A stretch of DNA of 64,000 nucleotides from Planctomycetota bacterium. Lineage in GTDB: Bacteria > Planctomycetota > B15-G4 > SIAN01. The DNA is taken from assembly GCA_031409275.1 (NCBI GenBank), contig JANNXA010000012.1, positions 1 through 64,000 of the forward strand, given 5' to 3'. The notes beneath the pieces were generated by a model, which saw only the letters and a program-made list of their open reading frames with translations, did no database searches and had not been told where the DNA came from. Both the position numbers and the translations under genes were made by a program. Shown one piece after another: positions 37,795 to 47,853 of this stretch (the first letter of the stretch is position 1; each line of letters begins with the position of its first letter).

Positions 37795-38979
37795 TCACTT
37801 CGGCGCGTTGGCCCCGTAGCCCTTCGCCGGTGAATCGGAGCGCAGCGTCAGGTCGCCGTGATCCGAGTCGCGGAACCGCGGATCGTCGCCGTAGCGGCCG
37901 TCCTTCTCGGGAGTCGGCAGCGTGGGGCGGCTGCGCGTCGGTGCGTCGCTGCAGTACCACCAGTTCTCCGCGAACTCGAAGCTCCCGGGGTCGGTGGCTG
38001 GGCCGATGTTGACGCCGCCGGACGACCATTCGCTCGAGCGGAACACGATGAGGTTGCGGGTGAAGCGGCCGTTGCGGCACGGCACGAACCCAGGTGCCGT
38101 CGTCTCCTGCAGGATGCGGATCGCGTAGCGGTGCGGCAGGTGGATCGTGTTGAAGCGCACCGTCGCCCCGTCGACGCCGACGAAGGCGATCGGCGCATCG
38201 GAGCCGACGAAGGTGTTGTGCTCGATGAGGAGATCCTTCGCCTCGAAATGCGGCGGCGCGCCGAGCACCGGGCGGAAGAACTCGAGTCCGGTGCTGCCGC
38301 CGAGGTTGATGGCGCGGGATCCCGCTTCTTCGAATCGGCAGCGGCGCACCGTCACGTCGCTGCTGCCACCTTTCGCTTGCACGCCACTGCCGCTCGTCCC
38401 CGCGCGCTGCCGGAACGTGCAGCCGTCGATGGTGCCGCGATGGCAGCCGACCAGGTCGATCCCGGAACCTCCGCCGCCCCAACGTTCGAGCGTGCACTCC
38501 TCGATCGTGAAGTCATCGACGCCCGAGAGCTTGAGCCCGTCCTGGTTGCCGCGTTCGCCCACGTCGGTGATCGTGAGGCGCCGCAACGTGACGTGATGCG
38601 CCGCGGTTTCGGGCGTGCCGCCATCGTCGACGTTGATCCCGTTGCCCTGCACCCCGCGGAGCGTGAGCCCGACGAGCTCGAGGTAGGCGACGTCGCGCAG
38701 GTGGAACGCGCTGGTGCCGCCTTCGAAGAGGGGTGGCGCCTTCAGGTCGGCGCCGCGAACCACGATCGGTTGCCCCGCTTTTCCGGCGAGACCCTCGACG
38801 CTGATGCCTCCCTGATAGTGGCCGGAAGCGATGAGGATCGTCGTTCCCGGTCGAGCGGACTGCAGTTCGGCGCGCAGCGTCGCGTCGGAATCGACGCGCA
38901 CTTCGACGCCGGTCGAGGGCGCAACGAGCGGTGCCGGCTGCGCGTGGAGCGCCATTGCGAACGTCCATGCGAGGCTCAT
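37795..38979 (-). CDS. Right-handed parallel beta-helix (pectin lyase-like) secreted protein
   Basis: PGTTILIASGHY, GNGINVDD, GNQDGLKLSGVDDFTIEEC repeats. Start 38979 or 39000. Confidence 0.8.
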   Translation of the reverse strand: MSLAWTFAMALHAQPAPLVAPSTGVEVRVDSDATLRAELQSARPGTTILIASGHYQGGISVEGLAGKAGQPIVVRGADLKAPPLFEGGTSAFHLRDVAYLELVGLTLRGVQGNGINVDDGGTPETAAHHVTLRRLTITDVGERGNQDGLKLSGVDDFTIEECTLERWGGGGSGIDLVGCHRGTIDGCTFRQRAGTSGSGVQAKGGSSDVTVRRCRFEEAGSRAINLGGSTGLEFFRPVLGAPPHFEAKDLLIEHNTFVGSDAPIAFVGVDGATVRFNTIHLPHRYAIRILQETTAPGFVPCRNGRFTRNLIVFRSSEWSSGGVNIGPATDPGSFEFAENWWYCSDAPTRSRPTLPTPEKDGRYGDDPRFRDSDHGDLTLRSDSPAKGYGANAPK

Positions 38980-39152
38980 CGCCCTCTCCCGGTTCGCCAC
39001 GCTTCGGCGCCTTCGAACTTCTCATTCGCGGCGGTGCGATCGTAGCGCCCTGCCGACGGCCGATCTGACTGGTTGGCGGCTCGGTTGCACCGAGCCAGCG
39101 ACTCCCCGATCGGGAGGTGCGCGGCGGATGGGCGGAGGTGCACGGCTCGCTG

Positions 39153-39254
39153 CTAGTGTCCTGGAACAGAAGTTCGCGAACACGGACCGAGACGAATCAT
39201 GGCGCAAAGAGCGCCCGGTTTCGTGGAAGCGAACTTCTGTTCCAAGACACTCGC
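39153..39254. mobile_element. Internally deleted, inverted copy of the IS630-like MITE (102 bp)
   Basis: Same TIRs as 29878-30044; interior is the reverse complement minus 65 bp; right CTAG has decayed to CTCG. Confidence 0.8.
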
Positions 39255-39289
39255 CTCTCTGCCCCCTCCTCCCGCGAGCACCATGACCG

Positions 39290-40465
39290 ATGCATCGTTC
39301 CGATCCTGCCGCGCCGCCGACACCGCTCGTGCTCCTGCCATTGCCGCGCCTCGGCATCCTCGGCGGTGGGCAGCTCGCGAAGATGACGGCCGCTGCCGCA
39401 GCGAAGCTCGGGTGCGAGGTGATCGTCCTCGAGCGGCAGGAGGACTTCCCGGCGCAAAGCGTCGACACCCACGCGCTGATCGGCGATTGGAATGATCCGG
39501 CATTGGTGGCCAGGCTCGCGGCTCTGGTCGACGTGGTGACGCTCGAGAACGAGTTCGTCGAGCTCGCGGCGCTGGCGGCGGTGGACGAGCGCTGCCTCTT
39601 CCCGACGCGCGCGACGCTCGCGCAGGTGCAGGACAAGCTGCTGCAGAAGACGACCTTCGCGGCCGCCGGCTTGCCGCTGCCGCGCTTCGCCGACGCGCCG
39701 ACCCGCGAGGCGGTCCGGCGCTTCGGCTTCCCGTGCGTGCTCAAGCGGCGCCGCAACGGCTACGACGGCAAAGGCAACGCGACGGTCCGCCACGCCGGCG
39801 AACTCGAATCGGCGTGGCGCGCGCTCGACGGCGATCATGCGTCGCTCTACGTCGAGGAGTTCTGCGACTTCGAGCGCGAGCTGGCCACTATCGTCACCCG
39901 CGCCATCGACGGCAGCGAGGCGCGCTATCCCGTGGTGGAGTCGGTGCAACGCGAACACATCTGCCACCACACGGTCGCGCCCGCGGCGCTGGCTCCCGCG
40001 CAGGCAGCCGAGGCGTCGGCCATCGCGGCGCGCGCGGTGGCCGCGGTCGGCGGCGTCGGCAGCTTCGGGATGGAGCTCTTCCTCGCGCGCGATGGCCGCT
40101 TGCTGGTGAACGAGATCGCGCCGCGCGTCCACAACAGCGGCCACTACACGATCGAGGCGTGCGCCTGCTCGCAGTTCGAGAACCATGTGCGCGCCGTGCT
40201 CGGATTGCCGCTGGGTTCGGCGGAACTGGTGGCGCCGGCCGCAGCGATGGTCAACCTGCTCGGCTTCGGGGATGGCTCGGGCGTGCCGTGCGGACTGGCG
40301 GACGCGCTGCGCGTCGCCGGCGCCAATGTCCATGTCTACGGCAAGTCGCGCAGCTCGCGTGGACGCAAGATGGGCCATGTGACGGCACTTGGCCGGAACG
40401 CGCAGGAAGCGTTGGCGACGGCGCAGCGTGCGGCGAACTGCATCCGGTTCGGTGGAGAGGCGTGA
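39290..40465 (+). CDS. purK: N5-carboxyaminoimidazole ribonucleotide synthase
   Basis: [48 protein letters not shown]. Confidence 0.95.
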   Translation: MHRSDPAAPPTPLVLLPLPRLGILGGGQLAKMTAAAAAKLGCEVIVLERQEDFPAQSVDTHALIGDWNDPALVARLAALVDVVTLENEFVELAALAAVDERCLFPTRATLAQVQDKLLQKTTFAAAGLPLPRFADAPTREAVRRFGFPCVLKRRRNGYDGKGNATVRHAGELESAWRALDGDHASLYVEEFCDFERELATIVTRAIDGSEARYPVVESVQREHICHHTVAPAALAPAQAAEASAIAARAVAAVGGVGSFGMELFLARDGRLLVNEIAPRVHNSGHYTIEACACSQFENHVRAVLGLPLGSAELVAPAAAMVNLLGFGDGSGVPCGLADALRVAGANVHVYGKSRSSRGRKMGHVTALGRNAQEALATAQRAANCIRFGGEA

Positions 40466-41025
40466 TGGGGCGCAAGGCGAAGGGCCGCAGTGATGCTGGT
40501 CGGCCGCGAGTCGGCATCGTCATGGGCAGCGACTCCGACTGGCCGACGCTCGAGCCGGCGGCGCAGGTGCTGACCGAGTTCGGGATCCCCCACGAAGTGC
40601 GAGTGACCAGCGCCCATCGCACTCCGCGGTTGATGGCGCAGTACGCCGAGTCGGCGCAGCGACGCGGCCTTGCGGTGGTGATCGCCGGAGCCGGCGGAGC
40701 CGCGCACTTGCCCGGCATGGTGGCGAGCCACACGACCCTGCCGGTGATCGGCGTGCCGGTCGAGAGCAAGGCGTTGCACGGGCTCGATTCGCTGCTGTCG
40801 ATCGTGCAGATGCCCGGCGGCATCCCCGTCGCCACCGTCGCCATCGGCAACGGCAAGAACGCCGGGCTACTGGCGGTGCAGATCCTCGCGATCGGCGATC
40901 CGGCGCTGCGCAAGCGCGTCGAGGCCTACCGTCGCCGCCTCGCGGCCGAGTCGCGCGCGAGGGATTCGAAGCTCGTGTCGTCGCTGCGTTCGCGTGCGCC
41001 TCGGGCAGGCTCCACCCCGCGATGA
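40465..41025 (+). CDS. purE: N5-CAIR mutase
   Basis: [48 protein letters not shown] overlap with purK. Confidence 0.95.
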   Translation: MGRKAKGRSDAGRPRVGIVMGSDSDWPTLEPAAQVLTEFGIPHEVRVTSAHRTPRLMAQYAESAQRRGLAVVIAGAGGAAHLPGMVASHTTLPVIGVPVESKALHGLDSLLSIVQMPGGIPVATVAIGNGKNAGLLAVQILAIGDPALRKRVEAYRRRLAAESRARDSKLVSSLRSRAPRAGSTPR

Positions 41026-42059
41026 ACATCGATCTGCTCGAAGCGATCCGCACCAACCTGCTGGCGCCGCCGGCACTCTTCTTCGCGCTGGGATTGGTCG
41101 CCGCGCTGGTGAAAAGCGACCTCAAGTTCCCCGAGCCGCTCTACGTCGCGATGACGATCTACCTGCTCGCCGCGATCGGCTTCAAAGGCGGCGTGTCGAT
41201 GGCGGTGGCGGGGATCGCCACGCTTTGGCTGCCGCTGCTGGCCGCGATGCTGTTGGGCGCCGCGATCCCGCTGTGGTGCTACCCGATCCTGCGCCGCGTC
41301 GGCGGCTTCTCGCCGGTCGACGCGGCGTCCGTCGCGGCGCACTACGGTTCGGTCAGCGCCGTCACGTTCACCGTCGCGGTCAACTTCCTCGAGCAGGTGA
41401 AGCTGCCGTTCGAGCCCTACGCGGCCGCCTTCCTCGCCGTGATGGAGTCGCCCGCCATCATCGTCGGCATCGTGCTCGGCAAGCTGGCGCTGGCGCGCAG
41501 CGTGGCATCGAGCGGTGCGAGCGGCGCGAATGGGACGAACCGCGACGCGGGCACGCTCGGCGCCACGCTGAAGGGAGCGCTCCACGAGGCGTGCTTCGGG
41601 CGCAGCGTGCTGCTGCTGGTCGGGACGCTCCTGATCGGCTTCGCGTGCGGCAAGCGTGGCCTCGAATCGACGGCCGGCTTTTTCGTCGTCCCGTTCCACG
41701 GGATCCTCGCGCTTTTCCTGCTCGAGCTTGGCACCGTCGCGGGTCGCCGCCTCGGCGAGTTGCGCAAGGTCGGCCTCTTCCTGCTCGGGTTTGGCGTCGT
41801 GATGCCGTTGCTGCATGCCGCCGTCGGAGTGATGGTCGGCTCCGCGGCGGGGTTGAGCGCGGGCGGCTCGATGCTGCTCGGCACGTTGGCGGCCAGCGCT
41901 TCCTACATCGCGGCGCCGGCGGCGATGCGCCTCTCGCTTCCCGAAGCCAATCCCACGTTGTCGCTGACCGCGGCGCTGGCCATCACCTTCCCGTTCAACG
42001 TGATGCTCGGCATTCCGCTCTGCTTCGCTTTCACCGAGTGGTGGTTCGCCGCGACCTGA
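41022..42059 (+). CDS. sbtA: Sodium-dependent bicarbonate transporter, SbtA family
   Basis: [59 protein letters not shown] overlap with purE. Confidence 0.92.
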   Translation: MNIDLLEAIRTNLLAPPALFFALGLVAALVKSDLKFPEPLYVAMTIYLLAAIGFKGGVSMAVAGIATLWLPLLAAMLLGAAIPLWCYPILRRVGGFSPVDAASVAAHYGSVSAVTFTVAVNFLEQVKLPFEPYAAAFLAVMESPAIIVGIVLGKLALARSVASSGASGANGTNRDAGTLGATLKGALHEACFGRSVLLLVGTLLIGFACGKRGLESTAGFFVVPFHGILALFLLELGTVAGRRLGELRKVGLFLLGFGVVMPLLHAAVGVMVGSAAGLSAGGSMLLGTLAASASYIAAPAAMRLSLPEANPTLSLTAALAITFPFNVMLGIPLCFAFTEWWFAAT

Positions 42060-42072
42060 AGGGGATTGCGTC

Positions 42073-42375
42073 ATGCCGCAGCACGAGATGAAGCTGGTCA
42101 CCATCATCTGCGAGGCGCTCGCGCGGGAAGTCGTGCGCCGACTCCTGCTCGAGGTCGGAGCGCGCGGCCACACGCTCTTCGCCGTCGAGGGGCGCGGCGA
42201 TCAGGGCGACCGCAGCGGCGAGATGCTCGAACTCTCGAACCTCCAGTTCGAGGTGATCGTCCCGCCGACGGTCGCGGCGACGCTGCTCGAGCGGCTCGAG
42301 CGCGACTACTTCCCGAAGTACGCGATGGTCGTCTACGAGTCCGACGTGCGCGTGCGTCGGCCGGCGAAATTCTGA
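42073..42375 (+). CDS. sbtB: PII-like regulator, SbtB family
   Basis: KLVTIICE...GARGHT...GRG...N..FEVIV...VRVRRPAKF, directly after sbtA. Confidence 0.85.
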   Translation: MPQHEMKLVTIICEALAREVVRRLLLEVGARGHTLFAVEGRGDQGDRSGEMLELSNLQFEVIVPPTVAATLLERLERDYFPKYAMVVYESDVRVRRPAKF

Positions 42376-42379
42376 TCGG

Positions 42380-45300
42380 ATGGCGACGACGTTCTTCGAC
42401 GGATGGACTCGCGGCGTGTGGGCGCTGACGCTGGCGCTGCCTCCGTTGCAGGAGGCGTCGCCGCTCGAATCGCAGCTCCTGCGTGAGCCGCGCGCAGCGC
42501 TGGTCAGCGCGGCGCGCGCGCACGGGGACGCGCGGCGCGGTGCCGCCGTCTTCTTCCAGCCCGGGCTCGCGTGCGCGCGCTGTCATGCCGCGGGAGAGGC
42601 GCGCGCGAACGCCATCGGCCCCGACCTCGCGCAGCTTGGCGCCGAGGTCGACGATCTGAGGTTGGTCGAGGCGCTGCTGCAGCCTTCGGCGCTGATCCGC
42701 GACGGCTATCGCAGCGCCCTGGTGCGACGGCACGACCGCACGTTCCTCGACGGGATCGTGGTGCAGCGCACGGACGCTTCGCTGGTGCTGCGCGACGCCG
42801 CGACCGGCGCGACGACGACACTGGCCATCGGCGACGTGGAGAGTGTGCGCGAGAGCCGCGTCTCGGCGATGCCAGCTGGACAGATGGCGCAACTTGCCAG
42901 CCGTCAGCAGTTCCTCGACCTGGTGCGTTGGCTGATCGAAGTGCGCGACGGCGGGCCGACGCGCGCGCGCGAGCTCGAACCGCCGCCGGAACTGCGGCGC
43001 CTGGTGTTGCCCGACTACGAGGCGCGCGTCGACCACGCGGCATTGACGCGCGGGCTCGACGCCGCGGCGTTCGAGCGCGGCGCGGCGATCTACCAGCGCG
43101 TCTGCGCCAACTGCCACGGCACCCTCGATCGCGAGGGTTCGCTGCCGAGCTCGCTGCGATTCGCCACCGGGCGCTTCAAGAATGGCAGCGATCCGCTGGC
43201 GCTCTACAAGACGCTGACGCACGGGTTTGGCGCGATGGCGCCGCAGACATGGATGGTGCCGCGCCAGAAATACGACGTGATCCACTACCTGCGCGAGGCG
43301 TACCTGCGGCCGCACAACGGCACGCAGTACGTCGCCGTCGACGCCGAGTACCTCGCCGCGCTGCCGCCTGGCGACACGCTCGGTCCGGAGGCGGCGTCGA
43401 TCGAGCCGTGGGTGGCGATGGACTACGGCGCGAGCTTCTCGCACACGGTCGAGGTGCCGGGCGGAAGCCTCGGCGTCGTCGATCGCGACGGCGCGCCGCT
43501 GCCCAACTTCGCCTACAAGGGGTGGACGGTGCGCCTCGATGCGGGCGCGGGCGGCGTCGCGCGCGGCGCCCATTGGCTGCTCTACGACCTCGACACGTTG
43601 CGCGTGGCGGCGGCATGGAGCGCGCCCGACGATGCCGGCGGCACGCGCTTCCTCGATTGGCGCGGGATCCAGCTGAACGGCGAGCACGCGGTCCATCCGA
43701 AGCTGGTCGGACGCGTCGCGTTCGCCAATCCGATCGCTCCTGGATTCGCGCAGCCCGGCAGCGCTTCGTTCCGCGATGACGCGCGAGTCGTCGGTCGCGA
43801 CGGCCGCCGCTACGGACCGCTGCCGCGCGAGTGGGCGCGGCTGCGCGGGATCCACCTGTGCGGTGCCGAGCGCGTCCTGGAAATGAGCGTCGGTGCGACC
43901 CGCGTGCTGGAGATGCCGACGCTCGCCGCCGCTGTCGGCCACACGCCGCGCTTCGTGCGCCACTTCGAGATCGCACCGCGTGCGGAGGCGATCGAGTTGC
44001 AGGTGGCGCAGCTTGGCGCCGATGCCGTGTTGCGAGGCGAGGGAGCGCGCGCGCGCTTCGGGCCGCCTCCGGTGGCGCCACTCGTCGCGACCGAGGCACG
44101 GCCGCTGCGTTTCGACGGCGCCACGTGGCTCGAGCGGCCGCTCTCGGTGGCCGGCGGCGAATCGCTCGACTTCACCAGCGGCGACTTCACGCTCGCGGCG
44201 CGCATTCGCACGAAGGCGGGCGGGACGATCGTCGCGATCGCGCCGGCGGGAGAGCAGTGGGCTCCCGACGGGCAGACGCTCTTCGTGCGCGACGGGAGAC
44301 TCAACTTCGACATCGGCTGGGTCGGCTGCATCACCACGAGCGGGCGCGTCGACGACGGTGCGTGGCATGAAGTCGCGGCCAACTGGCGCCGCGCGGATCG
44401 TCACCTCGAGTTGTGGATCGACGGGAAGCTTGACGCGGGAGGAAGCCTCGCGCCGAACGCGGCGCTGCCCGACGCACGGCTGCGAGTCGGGTACACCTCC
44501 GTGGATTTCCCGGCGCCGCAAAGCGCCTTCGATGGCGAGATCGAGTCGCTCCGCATCGATCGCGGTGCGACGACGATGGTGCGCTGGCGATTCGCCGACG
44601 CGAGCGGCGCGAGGGCGGCGGCGGACGGGGCCGCGGGCGCGGAGCGGGCGCTGGCGGTGCGACGCGGCGATGCGCGCGTGGTGGCGGCGCCGCCGGCGCT
44701 GACCGTGGGTTTTGATCCGCCCGGTGCGCCGCTCTCCTTCTTCGCCGAGCAGGGCGCACTGCGGCTTGCAGTGGCGGCGGGCGAGGCTCCGCTGCGCTTC
44801 TCGCTGTGGTGTGAGGAGGCGGGCGCTGCGCCACTTGCGGCGCGACCGGACGCCTCCGCGGCCGCGGTGCCGCTCGACCTGTCGGCGCGCACGCACGGCG
44901 GGCCGCCGCGCTGCCCCGAAGTGCTCACCACGCGTCTCCTCTTCGGCGGCAACGAGGGGCCATTCGCCATCGACGTGGCCGAGCTCCCGGATGCCAATCC
45001 CTGGCTCGCGCAGATCCGGCCGAGCGGGCTCGACTTCCTGCCGGATGGCCGGCTGGCGATGTGCACATGGGATGGCGATGTCTGGTTGGCGGAGATCGTC
45101 GCGGCGGCGAGCGACGGGGTGCCGGCCTCGGCGTCGATGCGTTGGCGGCGGATCGCGAGCGGCCTGTTTCAGCCGCTCGGCCTCAAGGTCGTGGACGGCT
45201 TGATCCACCTCACCTGCCGCGATGCGCTCGTCGTCCTCCACGATCGCAACGGTGACGAGGAGATCGACTTCGTCGAGTGGTTGAACAGCGACCACCAGGT

Positions 45301-46333
45301 GACCGAGCACTTCCATGAATTCGCGATGGGGCTCGAGCAGGATCGCGACGGCAGTTTCGTCTACGCGAAGTCGGGCCGCCACGCGCTCGACGCGCTGGTG
45401 CCGCAGCACGGCACGGTGCTGCGCGTCGCGCGCGACGGTGCGCGCACCGACGTGCTGGCTCGCGGCCTGCGCGCCGCCAACGGCATCTGCGTCAACCCCG
45501 ACGGGACGCTGGTCGTGACCGATCAGGAGGGCTTCTGGATCCCGAAGAACCGCCTCAACTGGATCACGCCGGCCGCCGACGGCGGCGCTCGTTTCTACGG
45601 CAACATGCTCGGATGGCATGACGCCGGCCTCTCCGCATCGGACGACGCGATGGAGCCGCCGCTCTGCTGGCTGACCAACGACTTCGACCGCTCGCCGGCC
45701 GAGGCGCAGTGGGTGCGCAGCGCGTCGTGGGGCGCGCTCGACGGCGCGCTGCTCTGCAGCTCGTATGGCGAGGGCAAGCTCTTCGTCGTGTTGCACGAGC
45801 CGGTGCCTGCCGGTGGCCGGGGCGCGCAGCAGGGCGGCGAGGTGGCGCTGCCCGGCGCGAACTTCCCGACCGGCGTGATGCGCGGTCGCTTCGCGTCCGG
45901 CGATGGCTCGCTTTGGACCTGCGGACTCTTCGCCTGGGCCGGCGATGCGACGCAACCGGGCGGCCTCTACCGCGTGCGCCGCACGGCGCGTCCGCTGCGG
46001 ATCCCGCTGGCGTTGGCTGCGACCGAGCGGGGGTTGCGACTGCGTTTCGCCGAACCGCTCGAACGCGTCAGCGTGACGCCCGCTGCCTTCGCGCTGAAGG
46101 TCTGGTCGCTCCGCCGAAGCGCGAACTACGGTTCTGCGCACCACGACGAGCGCGTGCTGCCCGTGACGGCCGTGCGACTCGACAGCGACGCGCAGACGGT
46201 TGAGCTCGATTTCGAGGGGCTCGCACCGACCTGGTGCTACGAGCTGCACTGGCAGTTGCGAGCGGCCGACGGCGGCGCGGTGGACGGGGTGCTCGACGGC
46301 ACGCTCCACGCGCTGCCACCGGCGGGGCAGTAA
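42380..46333 (+). CDS. Large multidomain PVC-type protein: two c-type hemes, DUF6797-like, LamG-like and beta-propeller dehydrogenase-like regions
   Basis: CARCH...IGPDL...SAMP; CANCH; FDG.TWL...DFTLAARI...DDGAWHEVA (LamG); ASGLFQPLGL, GLRAANG, DQEGFWIP. Confidence 0.75.
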   Translation: MATTFFDGWTRGVWALTLALPPLQEASPLESQLLREPRAALVSAARAHGDARRGAAVFFQPGLACARCHAAGEARANAIGPDLAQLGAEVDDLRLVEALLQPSALIRDGYRSALVRRHDRTFLDGIVVQRTDASLVLRDAATGATTTLAIGDVESVRESRVSAMPAGQMAQLASRQQFLDLVRWLIEVRDGGPTRARELEPPPELRRLVLPDYEARVDHAALTRGLDAAAFERGAAIYQRVCANCHGTLDREGSLPSSLRFATGRFKNGSDPLALYKTLTHGFGAMAPQTWMVPRQKYDVIHYLREAYLRPHNGTQYVAVDAEYLAALPPGDTLGPEAASIEPWVAMDYGASFSHTVEVPGGSLGVVDRDGAPLPNFAYKGWTVRLDAGAGGVARGAHWLLYDLDTLRVAAAWSAPDDAGGTRFLDWRGIQLNGEHAVHPKLVGRVAFANPIAPGFAQPGSASFRDDARVVGRDGRRYGPLPREWARLRGIHLCGAERVLEMSVGATRVLEMPTLAAAVGHTPRFVRHFEIAPRAEAIELQVAQLGADAVLRGEGARARFGPPPVAPLVATEARPLRFDGATWLERPLSVAGGESLDFTSGDFTLAARIRTKAGGTIVAIAPAGEQWAPDGQTLFVRDGRLNFDIGWVGCITTSGRVDDGAWHEVAANWRRADRHLELWIDGKLDAGGSLAPNAALPDARLRVGYTSVDFPAPQSAFDGEIESLRIDRGATTMVRWRFADASGARAAADGAAGAERALAVRRGDARVVAAPPALTVGFDPPGAPLSFFAEQGALRLAVAAGEAPLRFSLWCEEAGAAPLAARPDASAAAVPLDLSARTHGGPPRCPEVLTTRLLFGGNEGPFAIDVAELPDANPWLAQIRPSGLDFLPDGRLAMCTWDGDVWLAEIVAAASDGVPASASMRWRRIASGLFQPLGLKVVDGLIHLTCRDALVVLHDRNGDEEIDFVEWLNSDHQVTEHFHEFAMGLEQDRDGSFVYAKSGRHALDALVPQHGTVLRVARDGARTDVLARGLRAANGICVNPDGTLVVTDQEGFWIPKNRLNWITPAADGGARFYGNMLGWHDAGLSASDDAMEPPLCWLTNDFDRSPAEAQWVRSASWGALDGALLCSSYGEGKLFVVLHEPVPAGGRGAQQGGEVALPGANFPTGVMRGRFASGDGSLWTCGLFAWAGDATQPGGLYRVRRTARPLRIPLALAATERGLRLRFAEPLERVSVTPAAFALKVWSLRRSANYGSAHHDERVLPVTAVRLDSDAQTVELDFEGLAPTWCYELHWQLRAADGGAVDGVLDGTLHALPPAGQ

Positions 46334-46361
46334 AGGAACGCAACGAGCCGCTGTCCGCTCG

Positions 46362-47738
46362 TCACTGCTCGCGCAGCAGGTTCTCGAGGACGCGCGAGAA
46401 CTCGTCGCGCTGCGCGTCGTGCGCGGCGCCGGTCGCGGGGCCATTGAAACCGGTGAACACCGCGCGAATGGCGCCTTTGGCGTCGAGGAAGAGCGTCGTC
46501 GGGTAGGCGCGCACGCGATCGAGCAACCCCAGTGATGCGGTCGCCGCCTGCTTGTCGGAAGTGCCCGCGAGCAGCATCGGCCACGTCGCGCCGTGGCGCT
46601 TCGCGTAGCGACGCACCTGCTCGGCGTCATGCGCCACCTCGCCGGTCAGCTCGAAGGCGAGTCCGACGATCGACAGGCCGCGACCTCCGTACTCCCTCTG
46701 GAGGCGCACCAGCTCGTCGCACGCGTCATGGCAGTTCGGGCACCAACTCCCGAAAACTTGCAGCAGTCGCACCTTGCCCGCGAAGGCTGGATCGGTGAGT
46801 CGGCGCGCCTTGCCATCGAGGTCGAGGAAGGTGAGCTCGTCGAGCGGCACGGCGCCGCTCGCGCGCGACAACGCGAATCCGTCGGGCAGCGTCGCCGAAT
46901 CGTCGCGCCGGCCGGTCCACGTCTCGTGCCAGCGATCGGCAGCCCAGAAGCTGCCGCCGATCGCGCCGTTGGCATCGAGTTCCGCCGTGAACAGGAACGC
47001 GTGCGCGCCATCGAAGCAGGAGAGTCGCAGGAAGTAGTGCGGCTCGCCGTCGTCCTCGCAACCGACGAGGCCATCGTCGCCGGGCCAGCCCCGATCGAGC
47101 GAGCCCGCGAGATAGCGGTAGTCGCCAGCCGTCGTGAGGAAGGTGCCGGTCGCGCGGCCATCGTCCGTGACTTCGAAGAGACCGACCGCCGGGTCGGCGT
47201 CCGACGCGAACTGGATCGCGAAGCGACCGCTGGCCACTTCGGCCATCCCGGCGAGCTCGCGCGCGAGCGGCGTCGGGTCCACCTTGTTCGTCGGCTCGTG
47301 CAGCACGTCGTCACGGAAGCGCTTCGCCGCGCCCGCCGTCGCATGGAACTTCATCTCGACCCATTCGTTCGCGTTGCGCCGCTTCTTCCAGAGGCCATCG
47401 AGCCGGGTGGCACCCTCCGACAGCTGCGCCTCGATCCGGCTGTCGTAGTGGGGGAGCGCGAGGGTGACCGCCGCGAGCTCTGCATCGACCGACATCTCGG
47501 GCACTTCGATCCGTTCGCGGCCGTTGCCGATGGTGGCGCGCCACGACGTGGCGTCGAGCGCGAACTCGAGTTCGAAGGGAATCTCGCCGCCCGGCGATTC
47601 GAGCCAGGCGCGCCATGGGCCCGGTCGCGGCACGCGATCGAGTGGAGCGCCGCCGCTCGAAGCCGCGAGCAGCGGCGTGACGAGCAGGCCGGCCAATGCG
47701 GTGGCCAACTGCGAATGCGGGAGAGGCGGCTGCGTCAT
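46362..47738 (-). CDS. TlpA-like thiol:disulfide oxidoreductase with N-terminal beta domains
   Basis: GSWCPNC, AYPTTLFLD; signal peptide. Confidence 0.85.
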   Translation of the reverse strand: MTQPPLPHSQLATALAGLLVTPLLAASSGGAPLDRVPRPGPWRAWLESPGGEIPFELEFALDATSWRATIGNGRERIEVPEMSVDAELAAVTLALPHYDSRIEAQLSEGATRLDGLWKKRRNANEWVEMKFHATAGAAKRFRDDVLHEPTNKVDPTPLARELAGMAEVASGRFAIQFASDADPAVGLFEVTDDGRATGTFLTTAGDYRYLAGSLDRGWPGDDGLVGCEDDGEPHYFLRLSCFDGAHAFLFTAELDANGAIGGSFWAADRWHETWTGRRDDSATLPDGFALSRASGAVPLDELTFLDLDGKARRLTDPAFAGKVRLLQVFGSWCPNCHDACDELVRLQREYGGRGLSIVGLAFELTGEVAHDAEQVRRYAKRHGATWPMLLAGTSDKQAATASLGLLDRVRAYPTTLFLDAKGAIRAVFTGFNGPATGAAHDAQRDEFSRVLENLLREQ

Positions 47739-47853
47739 GTCGATCTCGCAACGGAGCGCGGTGCGGTCGATCGCCGCACGTTGCCGCCGACACTACGTTC
47801 TTGGTGTCGGAGGAGTGCGTATCGTGCGCCGCCTTCAAGCAGCGGAGAGCGGC

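Noticed and set aside
39061..39120. Hairpins and a TGACTGG word upstream of purK suggesting a ZMP/ZTP riboswitch
   Set aside because: The rest of the consensus, including the downstream GCCTGGGC pseudoknot partner, is not present.
42104..46630. Very long antisense ORFs (1508 aa here; also 5710-8820, 9378-12587, 51967-55485 and others)
   Set aside because: Shadow frames opposite well-supported genes in high-GC DNA; Arg/Ala-rich with no recognisable motifs.
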